Part shown: piece after piece, positions 48,214-60,514 of the stretch
Position numbering within the stretch: position 1 is the first letter of the stretch
Layout of the letters: each line of letters starts with the position of its first letter
Assembly: GCA_026023565.1 (NCBI GenBank)
Contig: JAPETS010000037.1
Coordinates: 1-64,000 of the forward strand
DNA length: 64,000 bases
From: Cirrosporium novae-zelandiae
Taxonomy: Eukaryota
Direction of reading: 5' to 3'
The notes under the pieces: model-generated
Databases searched by the model: none
Told to the model about the DNA's origin: nothing
The model's input: only the letters and a program-made list of their open reading frames with translations
Position numbers and translations under genes: made by a program

Positions 48214-50568
48214 TCATAGCTTTGCCATAGCTGCCTTTTCCTTCTCCCGTTGAAAATCTTTGGATAAATTCCTACTAATCCAGTCACAGATACCCATGTT
48301 GGTGATCATTGGATTTACACCGCTAGCGTTTGGGAAAACACTGGCATCAGCCACATAGAGGTTTTGCGTGCCCCAAACTTTTCCATTCTGATCCACGACA
48401 CTATTCGCCGGATTGCTTCCCATTCGACATGTCCCCATTTGGTGAGCACTAGTGAAAGTAGTTTCTGGTGAAGGGAGACCATGTTTTCTCAATTCCTCGA
48501 GCCAGGCTTGGAATGAAGGATCGTTGATACCATCGCTTAAGGGATTTGCATCTAGGGTATGGGATGTCCGGATGAATCTTGGTATGCCAAGAGATGCAAC
48601 AAATATCTCCTTTGCTCCTGCTACGTACATAATCTTTGCAAGACCAACGAGACCTTCGAGGATGTGTTTACGATCATCAGAAGTGGGACTATAATCAATT
48701 CGACAACGGCCATTGCCAGGATCAGCGTAGACACGGCCGCTGCCTTTATCTCGTGCAATGCAGATGTAGCCTGTCATATTTTTGTGCTTAGCACAAAATA
48801 ATTTCCAGTCGAGCCCTCCGAGCCATGGATGGAAAGCAAGCCAAGACCCAGGATGCATTGCTGTCGCCTCCAGTTTGACTCCGTAACCTTTATGATCGAG
48901 ATTTTCGAAATCACTGCAGATGCTAGTGAGAATACCACCTTCCCAAGGGCGGCTTTCCTCATCCCATATAGCTCCTAGAAATGATACTAGAAATTTTGTC
49001 AGTCTAACACACACACAAGGCTGAGTAATAAAGCTAACCTGGATGAAGGTGCAAATTTCGTCCTAGTTGGGGGTTGCTGAGACTACTTCTCCGAAGTAGC
49101 AGGGGACTTTGAAGAGTACCACACGATACTATGACACGTTCCGCTTTGATGATAACGTCCCTCCCTGTCCTGTTACTCTCTCTCCCAAAATGTTGATTTC
49201 TTGAAGTCCATATGCCACGTACGCCTATAGCCTTCCTTTCCTTCTGACCTTCAAAAAGAATAGTCTTCACATCAAACCCCTCTATGAAACGGGCACCAGC
49301 ATTAGCAGCATCTGGTAAGAAGGAAACAGTAGGTCCCTGTTTTCCTCCTGATCCACACCCATAGGAGCAATAACCGCAGTAATGCGTGCTACCACCTGTA
49401 TTTTGGGGGACAGCTTTTGCAGAATAGCCAAGTTGTCTTGCGCCTTCCAATAGCATACGGTTTCCAAAGTTTTGCTTGATATGGTCTGCAGATACGCCCA
49501 TGCGATTTGAGACACGGTCCATGCATTTTTGGAACTCGGATGAAGTAAAAAATGGGAGTCCAGTATTTGCCCATTCTTGTCGAACTATTTCTTGTAACTG
49601 TAACGACGCACTCCAGTTGATTGTCCCTCCTCCACCGAATACTTCCCCGGCAACAACAGTAGTACTAGAGTCATCGGAAATAGCTAGCCCGCCATCTTGA
49701 AGAAAATGCATTTGTCCCTCAAGCTCGTTCATAGGAAGATATTCTGGACCGAAATGATAACCTTTGTCGACTACGATAACACGAAATCCAGATTCTGCAA
49801 TATTCTTTGCACATACTGCGGCACCACATCCACTTCCAACTATTATAACGTCGGTGTCAATGATTTCAGGCTCCGATCCGGGCAAGAACTGTAGAAATTC
49901 GTAATCGAATCCTTTTCCAGGTGTTCCATGTACTGGAGTATGAGGGAGATTGAGCAAGGGGCGTAAAGTGGGACTGGCCTTGAGCCATGTCTGCTTCAAC
50001 AACAATGTCAGGGACTTATAGCCAGTTCGCAGTACTGAGATATATGATTTTGACCAGTTGAATAGTATCTGCTCACGAACATGGACTGGCTGAAGGTGGA
50101 ACAAGACAGGGGACTGGGTGAGGACAAAACATCCGGCTCGGGTGCTGGTATGGACTTAGCTACTTCTGCCTGGAAGGAGAGGCTTGTGCAATCCTACTTT
50201 AAAGCACTTAGTAGGAATGACATACCCTTTCGAGCATCACTGTTCACATTTTCATTAACAGATCGCCTTAATAGGGCTTTAAATGCTGGAATTGAGCTCG
50301 CATTTTCCTTCAAGTATTGCTTAGGAAGTTTTTGATCTATACTTGGATTAGCTCTAGCCTGGAGTAGGTCAACTGTAGTCTTGTATCCTTGACCGGGCAG
50401 AACCAGGGCCTTCAAAGGATTTGATGGAGAGCTCTCAATGGCAGGAATCACAGTATCCGCAAGAGCTAGTAAGGTTGTCCATTGCGCGGATGTCAAGACT
50501 TCTCCCGGTGCAGGACAAGGAAGTGCGACAGTCAAAGGGGATATGGTTTGGAGTTCTGAGGTAGTCAT
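48214..50568 (-). CDS. FAO1: Long-chain fatty alcohol oxidase/dehydrogenase (GMC oxidoreductase) with peroxisomal PTS1; exons 50568-50198, 50144-49039, 48986-48214
   Basis: DVIIVGSGCG, GGGGTINWS, CGYCSYGC, GRNLHLHP, SAHQMGTCRMG, ASGVNPM; ends in -AKL. Confidence 0.92.
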
Positions 50569-51928
50569 TTCCAGATGTCAAAGTTCGATGCAGGAACACA
50601 GCAGAAGTGAACTGCATAGTCTATGAAATAAGACAGAGACCTTTGTGTACAGTTGAAAGGCGGGGAAAGCTCAGATCTACCGAGTACAACTCCCAGCTGA
50701 CCGAGGCTAATAGGAACAGTGAAGAACAGTGGACGCTCCAACAGTCCAAGCAGGTTTCCATTGAATCCAATGAATGGTGTCAGATACAAAACTACAAATA
50801 TCAAGAAAGTGACAGATTAAGCACCGGGAATGGTGAACTGAATTAATTAATAACATGCAGTCAGCAGCCATCTCCAGTTCCTAGGATGAGGGGGAAGTAG
50901 TAAACGAGCAACAGTCACAAGTTTGCGGAAAGTTGCAGGATTACAAGTAGTTGTTGGGAAACTTGTGGCAGTTGACACTTGGAATATTTTATTGGATAAC
51001 TGAACTTGTGGTCTCGGATGAGAGGCTCTTAACAAGAAAAAAAAAGAATAGCAAAATTGCCATAAATTGAAGAATCCTCGGATCAAAGAAAGCACTGGAA
51101 CGTATGATGGCGAGGGTGTATAGTCGAAAAAATCCCTTGCCCTCGGATCTCGGTAGTGTGTAGAGCGAAGGGGGACCGTTGCGAATGTGGAGAGAGGGAG
51201 AGAGAAAAAGGTGGATCAAGTAAGTACTTTGGAATTAATTAGCATGTGTTTATCATCATCTTGCATTTTTCGCATTTTCCTGAAGTTGCCTTTTTTTCCC
51301 TCTCGCTTTGGTGCCCTTGCTCCTAAATAAAGTAATCACTAAATGTCTAGTTGCAACGGATTTTAGACTGCCAGACTATCCAGTACGACGTAACCAAGAA
51401 CTCATTACCAATTTATACATTTATTAGGGTCAGCGAGGAAGCTTAATAATATCAAGTCCAAGTCGTTGTTAACCTGTTTGTACTTCATAGTGGTGCTCAT
51501 TGTCTGGCCCGTGTACTTTTTTTTCCAACATACTTGGGATCCAGGAAAGCCGCTAAGGCCAAGGGGAGGGAGACGCTCAAGAGATGGTCACGGGTGTCAC
51601 GATGCGGCAATTCTGGTATGAATGAGGACTAGACTTATTATTCAAAGTACAGTTAAGTACAGTTGAACCAATAACTGTGTTCTGATAAGAGATTCCTCAA
51701 ATAGGTCTTAGTCAATGCCGAACTAATGCAACCTCTGCAGTCAAGATTTGGCCAGGGATGAGCCTTGGACTCTTGGCATGTCGCATATCTCTCTTTGCCA
51801 GACTTGTGTATTAATTCCAAGCAAAAGAAGAACTGTTGATTACTATTTTCCAACAAAAGGAGAGCACATTGAAAAAGGACACCTATCGAGTTGATCAATT
51901 TTTTGACACTAATTCATTAATCCACAAG

Positions 51929-51930
<2 letters not shown>

Positions 51931-51970
<40 letters not shown>
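51931..51970. repeat. (CAAT)n microsatellite
   Basis: ten caat units. Confidence 0.9.
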
Positions 51971-51975
<5 letters not shown>

Positions 51976-52254
51976 CATCAGAGCTAAATCACAAATCACA
52001 CGAGAAGTTGCCTCTTTCAAGTCGTTTTTAGTTTTCGCTTCTTATTGATTTTTGTGGAAGATGGCCCTAGGACGAATTGGACCAAATTGGACCAAAGTTA
52101 CGGGGTGGACCCTCAACGACCCTCATTAACTTCAAGTACATGGGCTCTTTTGTGATGACGGACATTGATGGAATTGTCGAATGATTGGTCGATCAAATAT
52201 GAGAAAATCTGAGTTACTAGGCTATCTCTCAACCCCCCCCCCCAGTGGGTCCAA

Positions 52255-52257
<3 letters not shown>

Positions 52258-52287
<30 letters not shown>
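52258..52287. repeat. (GA)n microsatellite flanked by poly-C runs
   Basis: gagagaga array. Confidence 0.9.
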
Positions 52288-52295
<8 letters not shown>

Positions 52296-53097
52296 TGCGT
52301 TCAAGATGCCTCTCATGCCTCCCTGTGTCCTGATGGCCCCCCCCCCCCCCTCCCTCCCCAAATATCAACCAAAAAAAAAAACATCCAATTAACATCTCCA
52401 TTTTCTTTCCCTTCGTCCTCCCCTCCCTAATTAATTTGTATCCCACTACACACAGTACTAGAAAATAACTAGAAGTACTAAAGTACTAAAATACTAAAAT
52501 ACTATCCGTTCTAAACTTCTCATCATTAGTTCCTTGCGCCAAATATTGACCTTTAGTCTACTGCTGCGAAGCCTTGCCAAAAACCTTTCTACGAATAATC
52601 TTCCTCCTCCTCCCCCATTGTTGACTTCTTCTCCCCTCCCACCGCTATCCAACGCCCGATAATCGATATCCTCCTATCGTTATACTTCGCGACAACGTCA
52701 GACTCTGGAGACCTAGTCGCCAAAGAGCTGCATATCAACAACGATCCATTCGTCTAAGAGGCCTATCCTTACACCGCAGCCCTACATCACCGTAGCTACA
52801 AAAAACCTTGAGAGATCTTGAGGTCGATCGGTCCCCATAAATCACCATCTCCAGAAAAGTACACCAGTACCCTTCCAAAGATCTAAAAGAAGAATCGGCC
52901 CTCCCGGACTGAACGTTACACACCACCAACCCCTCTTATATAGACCGCCCTGGAGTCTGACCCAAAACCATTTGCACCTGATTCCACTCATCTACCACAC
53001 CAACACACCATCGTGATCAATTGACTTTGCTTCCAAGCTGTCCATCTTACTTCCACTCCCCTCTTCAATCTCATCTCCTCACTTCAGACCGACCAAC

Positions 53098-53985
53098 ATG
53101 GCAACCAAGGCACTCACGTACACTTCCACCCCTCCAACCATGCATTACACCCTCTATGGGGCCCACCAACCTTCCCCCGCCAACTCCTCTGGCTCCTCCA
53201 ACAATATCTCGCCGACTTCTCCAAGAACCATGAACCCCTTCATGCCGCCACAGATGCCTCCACGGCAACTTCGCCCGATGAAGGTGCCTCTTTATGTTCC
53301 AGCTGTTCTCAGACCTACCGAAAGACCTCCACGGCAGACCCCATTGACTCCGCCACGGAGCCTTCATGGCAGTATGGACAGTATCGTAAGTTTAGATGGC
53401 GGGAAAGTGGGACCAAGGCGGGCAACTGGAGACCAGATCGATCATAGCAAGTTAGTCGAGGAGGAATGGGATGGCGATGAGTATCTTGGTCAGGTAACAG
53501 GACCACCCACTCGTGAGCATTGGAAGGCACGTATATTCTCACTCCAAACTTTCTCAACCATTTCACTAACATTTTCCATTGAACAGTCTGATTCCTCCTC
53601 ACCCACGTGTGATTCCCCCAACTGCGACTGTTCCTTCACCCTCTTCGTCCGTCGCCACCATTGTCGCCACTGCGGCCGCATATACTGCAGCCAACACAGT
53701 CTCTTCACCGTGCGTCTCGACCAAAATGCGCGCTTCCACTACGATGGCACTCACTCTCGCGCCTGTGACGAGTGCTGGGACGCGTATAAACGGTGGGAGA
53801 CATCACGGTGCGCACGGAAACGAGGGGCAAGTCTTGATGCCGGAATAGCATCTCTGGCACCAAGCCCCGTCGTGGGGATGAACGTAAAGGGCTTTTACAA
53901 CATCAACAATAATAGTAATGGAGGAAAGCCCAAAGCAGCAGCCGCAGCCAGCGTGCCCAAAGATTGGAATTGGAGTACCTTCTAA
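53098..53985 (+). CDS. FYVE zinc-finger protein; GC-AG intron 53527-53586
   Basis: HWKSD after splicing, CDSPNC, RRHHCRHCG, CSQHS, RACDEC; PLYVPAVLRPTE N-term and DWNWSTF C-term. Confidence 0.9.
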   Translation: MATKALTYTSTPPTMHYTLYGAHQPSPANSSGSSNNISPTSPRTMNPFMPPQMPPRQLRPMKVPLYVPAVLRPTERPPRQTPLTPPRSLHGSMDSIVSLDGGKVGPRRATGDQIDHSKLVEEEWDGDEYLGQVTGPPTREHWKARIFSLQTFSTISLTFSIEQSDSSSPTCDSPNCDCSFTLFVRRHHCRHCGRIYCSQHSLFTVRLDQNARFHYDGTHSRACDECWDAYKRWETSRCARKRGASLDAGIASLAPSPVVGMNVKGFYNINNNSNGGKPKAAAAASVPKDWNWSTF

Positions 53986-55073
53986 GATCCTTTCTCTCTC
54001 CACACCCTCTCCCTCTTCCTCAGGACACGCGACACAAGACCAAACTACCTACCTACATCAACCACCTCAATTACCACACTAAGATGACCTCATCACCTTC
54101 TACCATCTTTCAGAAATATGTTATTCAACGGCCTCATCTACTTCTCGAAATAAAGCAAAAAAAGCACTGCTGATTAGCGAGTCGAATTCACAGCCATCCT
54201 TCCTCTCGTGCTGCACCTATTAGCGTCTCGCGTTTCGCGTATGCTTCAACGCTTCGCTCCCTCTTTCCACCTTTTTTCCTTTTTCATTTCGTACAAGAGA
54301 TACACACATATTATAGACTCAGCGGTTCCTTCTTCCTAGTCTTTTGGATACCCGATCGAATTGATTAATTGTTGCGCATCTGATTTATTTTATATCCTTT
54401 TTTTATCATTGCATGTATACCTTATTATTATTTGGAAGATTTTTTTCTTTCATATTTCCAGGGGATGGTTTGTTGTTGTTGTTGTTGTTGTTACTGTTGT
54501 TGGCATGTATCGGATGCAAATGCAAATGCAAATGTCGTGTTTTGATGTATTAGGAAGGAAATGAGACCCGGATGTCAGATATCTGCAGGTCGGTCGGGTT
54601 TTTTATTGATTTGCTGTTATCCAAGATTGGGAAAGGGTTTGGCGTTTTTCTTCTTATTCTGGGTTTTGGAAGGATAGGTAGAGTCGCCCTTAAAAGGCAG
54701 ACGTAGTGAAAGGCGTTGGGGTTTTTTTGACTTTAGCATATGGGCGGGTAGGTTAGGTAATAGGTGTGTCTGTACCTATAGCTGGCTTTAATCAGCAAGT
54801 TTGAATTACGAATCAGATTGATTGTTTTTTTGTCCATGACTTTAAAATTTCATTGCAGTCTAGTCCATAATCGTAATCTAGTTGATGATTGTTGTAACTT
54901 GTATCATTCAGTTCTAAGCCTGGCTACGTAGCAATGTACAGACCAACTCAAGGCAGCCAAACACCCTCCTAGGCCGACTTCAAATCAAACCGAAGCCCTC
55001 TCCCACGAACTATTGATATAGGCCAATATCCATTCTATATTCTCTGTCTTCACCCTCATGATACCTCAACCGT

Positions 55074-56815
55074 CTAAAACCACTCTCCACCAATCCACCG
55101 ATTCAACATATCAATACTAGCCTCGGGCTGATCATATGGGACCATATGTCCAGCATCCTTGATAGCGATGAATGTGAAATTGCCGCTGCTCTTAACCTGG
55201 CCAACTTCTTCGCCATTGGTCTTGAAGGGCTTAAGTTCAACGGCATTGAAGGCCTTTTTGCCTGACCATGGGAGAGCTTCTGTCCAGGCGTGGTTGCCGA
55301 GCCAGTTGCAAATGAAGTCGGCAGTACCCTAATAATTCAGCTTATGTTAGCGAGCAGTTTCACTTTTTGGGTCGTAGTGAGCGGAGCTAGGTAAGCACTT
55401 ACAGCGTAGATAAGAACCGGAATCTCCTCAAGAATGTTGGGAACCAAACGGTGGAATGGCTGCATCCAATCACCCTGGAAGAGGAAGTTGCGGTTGATGT
55501 CAAAGTTGCAGCTATCGTAACCATCAACCTCAGCACCGAGGCTCTTCATGACCTCAGGTTTGTTCAAGAATTTCGAGATCCAGTCAAGCTCATCGTAACA
55601 GAGATCACTACCCTTGCATTTAACGCGAACATCGTATGGGTTCTGTCCAGTGCGTTGGTAGGGGCCAATGATGGCATTGTTGCAGTAGATCGAAGCTGGG
55701 ACACAAGACCAGACGCTACCGCTCTCATAGCAGTTCTGAATGAGGGACAGGCAGCGAGGAAGAGCATTATCCATAGACTGGCAAGTGCCTTCATCAACAA
55801 CAGCAGGGTAACCGCCCTTGCCGCAAGCCATGGGTCGGTAGTATTCGTATTGGGTCAAGCCGTCAGTAAGACCGTTGCCAATAAGGACAGAGCGAAGGTT
55901 AATGTTGCGTTTCTTGTGGGAGAGAATCTCCGATGTGAACACAGGAATATAGTGACCCGCATATGATTCTCCAGCAATGTGGAATGGTTGCTCAGCATAT
56001 TCAGGGAATTGCTTGAAGAACAGAGTGAGAAGAGCGTAGACATCCTTGCCAGCAGCAACTGTGTTGCTAACAGAGCTTCCACTGTAGGAATATCCGACGT
56101 TAACGGGTTGATCTAAGAAGATGACGGAAGCGTTGGAGTTCCATGAGGATGGATTGTATTGAACCTTGACATCCTTGTCAATAGAAGAAGGTCCAAGCTC
56201 CATAAACAAACCGGTGAGCGATGAGCATCCAGGGCCACCGTTCAACCACAACACGACAGGGTCATTCTTAGGGTCATTACGGGATTCAAAGAACCCTGTT
56301 TGTGAAAATTAGAATCCCAATTGCCCGCTGACGACTTCAAATGTAAACTTACAATAGAACAAATGTTTATCGTTTTCCTCATCATCGAGGTAACCACTAT
56401 ACTGCTTGACTTTATCGACACCGAGAGAGGCTGGATCAACCTTCTTAGTTCGAAGATTGTATGCCTCCAGCTTGCCATCCACATCTCTTTCCTTCTCACC
56501 ATTTGCATTCTCAACCCAAACACTCTGAACATCGGAACCTCGGATGACATGATCCCATTCAGAATCAGGCTTGCGGGAGTGCTTCTTTGGTGGGGAGAAG
56601 AAATTGGCAGCATCCATTGCATCAGGGAACATCATAGTAACCTCATCCCAGAGTGCTCGAGCTTCAGAAGTCAAAGTCTTCAGCTCGTCACCGAGATTAT
56701 GAAGCTGCTTGCCCCATGACTCGGCAGCTTGTTCTGGTAACTGAAACACTTGCTGCTGAGGAGATGCAACTGCATAAGCACCTCCAACAAGGAGAGCGGT
56801 GGTAGCAAACTTCAT
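55074..56815 (-). CDS. cpyA: Carboxypeptidase Y (serine carboxypeptidase S10); introns 56352-56296, 55402-55329
   Basis: Signal and propeptide, [43 protein letters not shown]. Confidence 0.96.
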
Positions 56816-57469
56816 TGTTGATTGAATTGCTGATGGATTGGTAATGGGTAGCTTCGATGTTGATTCAACGCTTCTGGCACTCCACTTGATGATATGGAGG
56901 CCTACACAGAGAGAATCCTCTGACCAGCTAGAAGGATATAAAGGAGGCCAAGATGGACCTGATGAATAGATGATGATGAGAAAAGATGAAGAAGAGACAG
57001 ATGGACTGATGGATGAAGCAGTCCGGCGTGATGAAAGAAGAAGAAGTCAGAGCTGCAGCTGTAGTCGAAGTAAATGGGGCAGGCAGCCAAGGAAGCTTGT
57101 CGTCAGAGATAGCGCCATTTCGTGGGCAAATCAGGACCTTCGTTGTCGATAAGAATCACGAGACCACTCGTGACCACCAAGATTTGATAAGGACGGTCAA
57201 GATTCAGGTACCAACCGGATGCGGACAGGAGTCATGTGATTACCCTAAGCCCAAAGTGTTTAGTGTTTAGGTAAAGTACCTGGGAGACATTCTCCGAGCA
57301 AATTAGGAACCTAGAAAATCAGTCACCCTGGTGACAACAACGGCAGGACTTTGATTATACTGCCATTTTACTGATTCTAATTATGACGTTCATAAGTCTT
57401 GTTTCTGAAGATGTGAATCTTACCCACATGATTGATGGCTCCACTCAAGCATCAGCCCTTCTATGATTA

Positions 57470-57950
57470 GCTTTCGTAACATTCACATTCCCCAATCTTC
57501 CTCCATCAGCAATTTCAGTACACGAAAGTACTACATTACGACTAATTACGACCCATTGTTCAAGACATTAGGGATCTGATGGACTAATCTCACCAGCCCC
57601 ATGAATTCTTCTGAGATTCGAAGTAAAACCTACTACTTCCAAGGCTATCCACCAACGGAGGATATTACTCCAGGCCTGTTCAAAATTGAAAAGTCGCATG
57701 TGGTAAAGCTCCCTTGCACAGAATGCCGAACCACGGCTTTTGCTCTCTTTGGAATTTAAACTGAAGTTCCTCTACCATTCTACAATACTTGTACATTGCT
57801 GATGTTGTCCATGACGTGAAAACATATTTTAGCCATGTTACGGATGAAAATTTTGCCGAGTAACATCTTGAGAGCCATCTTACTTTCTATCTGTAGAAAT
57901 GAATACGACCAGACCCAAAGTGCAACCGAGAAGTGGCCATCAGGAGGTCT
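57470..57950 (+). pseudogene. Possible decayed BTB/POZ-domain gene
   Basis: Collinear fragments in different frames: FVTFT..SVHES, SKTYYF, LFKIEKSHVVKLP, ILQYLYIAD, HLTFYL*, EYD...ATEK; stops and frameshifts present. Confidence 0.35.
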
Positions 57951-59422
57951 TTAAACAAAATCAGCTTTCAATAAGAGTTGATTTGAATTATAACCTGATT
58001 TTACCTGAAGGCTCCCCTTCATGGTCAGTTTTTGGTTCTACCTTTGGGGCTGGCTGCTTTTCATTCTGCCCTTCAAAAGTAGCACTAAGGATGCTATAGC
58101 TAACGACCACATATAAAGCGCTATGCCTCTGCCAAACCATTTGAATGCAACCCAGTCTTACCGGAAAGATGTCCGGAATCTAGAGTGACGAACGTCTATT
58201 TGGGACATTGATTCTATTTTTAATGAAGAATCTGGGGGCTCTATCCTGAAGAATATCGGCGAATGCCTGATCGGTATCGGAAGCTGCTAGAGCTTTAGGT
58301 TCACAAATTGCGCCTCAAATGTTCTACTATTGGATATTCTCCAGATGTTGACCGGTTCGTTCAACGCTGCACATGGCTGTTCGTTGGGATCTAACTTAGT
58401 AATCCTATAAGGAAGTAGGATCCGACCATAAAATGGCAGTGAACGGGATTTAAGCCACTGCGATTATACCTATGTTCAAATTGTCGGGGACATTATTGGC
58501 ATTGCAAATATAGAAATGAATTTTCACGGACTCCATACTTAAAGGCAGATAATAGAGCGATTCAAAGTGAATATAGCAAGATAGGCATGCGGATATTCGA
58601 GTGCATTAATAAGTCAATGTATTTATCAACACAATGACCTATTTGACAAAGTCCATTTCCACCTGGACTGTAGAAAATAGGTAATTGCTTAGGCAGATTG
58701 AAACTTTCCCTAAGCTTGATGGTGGATATTTTACATGTGCTAAGCAAAAGGTTAATCGGCTCGGGCCGCCGGAAAAGATGGGCCGGTGAAACAATCTTGC
58801 GATTTCATTGAGATTCCTGGGAGTTGACATGAGAAATAAGGGCGAAAAAGGATAGAGAGAAATTTAGATGCCAGAAAGAGTTGAGTTTAACTGCCGAAAT
58901 AGGCTTCCCCGGATATATTTTTAATCATAGGTCATCTGCAGTTTTCTGCAGCATTTGCAGGAATCCATCCACACAAGTCGACTTAAAAATGGTACCTCAT
59001 GGGGGCCCTGCTACAGGATGGAAGCGAAAAACGACGGTACAATTATTCTTCACAGACGTTATACCAATCTTTATGTACTGCTGCGGCACGTTCGGTCCCA
59101 CCCTTTCACCCCCCACTAACCGCTCACGGCCCAGTAAGAACGGAGTTTCCACCAAGCTGAGTGATGAGATGTTGATAACGCCGTCATATATTGTCCATAC
59201 AGAGTAGGTAGTATCGGTTGCAACATAAAATCGGGGGTCAGCTAGTGACAGTAAAATATGTCTTTCCTATTGGACTTCTTCCATCCTCGAAGGCTTCCTC
59301 GATAAATAATACTCCCTTTCCACCGAAAATATTTAGATTCGTCCAAATCCCATAGCACAGCAATTATATAACGGCAAATATCGAAAAGAAGATCGATCCG
59401 CAACGGCTATGTCCATTGCATA

Positions 59423-60514
59423 ATGGCTACGAGTTCTGACGATGTTGAAAATCTCGAGCATGAAGAAGTAGATTCCGCCATTGACGACCTTGATTCGTAT
59501 ACGGAGTGGTCTGAAACGGGAACACTGGAAAGCAGTGCAATGGATTACAGAATTGTTAATGGAAGGAGTTATCATGCATACAGAGCTGGGAGGTATGACT
59601 TACCGAACGACAAAGCCGAACAAGAGCGTTTGAATCTTCAACATCTACTATGGGTCGAGACGTTAGGTGGCAAACTTCACGCTGCTCCTATTCCAGATGA
59701 TGTACAAGATGTCCTGGATATTGCGACAGGCACAGGTATATCTGCTCAAGTCCTAGTAACTATGGTATATTTTTCTCTAACCTACGGCCTACAGGGAAAT
59801 GGGCAATTGATTTTGCAGATATTCACCCTTCTGCACGGGTTATCGGCGTGGATCTGAGGTATCGCCCACTGTCTTCAATTCTACACTTCTGTTAATGCCA
59901 CCAGCCCAATCCAGCCAGTTTGGGTCCCTCCAAACTGTATGTTCGAAGTTGATGACGCCGAAGCCGATTGGATGTACCACCACAATTTCGATTTTATCCA
60001 TGGCCGTACGTTAACAATAGGCTGGCGGGACTGGACCCGCCTCTCTGAGCAAGCTTTTGACTATCTAAACCCCGGTGGCTGGGTCGAGTACGAAGAGTTT
60101 ACCTTCCCTACAACTTGTGACTGTCCACCAAACACCCATCCATTGGCACCAGTTACCGAATACCTCCAATATGTCGTCGACGCTTCCAGTAAAAAAGGGG
60201 TCGTGATGCAAACTCCTGCCACTCTCTCCGCGAGACTATCCCAAGCCGGTTTTATCAATATCCACAGTAAAGAGTATAGGTGGTACATATCGAATCCAAA
60301 GTTCAAAGCGGATCTGCTGCATGGGATAGAGGCTGTTGCTTTCAAAATGCTCACGGAGCAGTTAGGGTGGAGTACCGAAGAGGTGCTGGTATACTGTGCG
60401 GGTGTGAGGAGGTGGGTTGCAGAGCAGACAGAGGAACATGATTATCTGCCTATTTGGGTAGTTTATGGACAGAAACCTCTTAATACTGGTATAAAAGAAG
60501 ACTTCGAGAACTAA
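59423..60514 (+). CDS. LaeA-like class I SAM-dependent methyltransferase; exons 59423-59736, 59794-59858, 59905-60514
   Basis: NGRSYHAY, LPNDKAEQERL, VLDIATGTGKWAIDFA, GVDLSPIQP, PPNCMFEVDD, LNPGGWVE, VYGQKP. Confidence 0.9.

Noticed and set aside
55317..55328. CPY motif reads YAGTADFIC instead of YAGDADFIC
   Set aside because: The catalytic Asp is the second Asp of the motif and is retained, as are the Ser and His.
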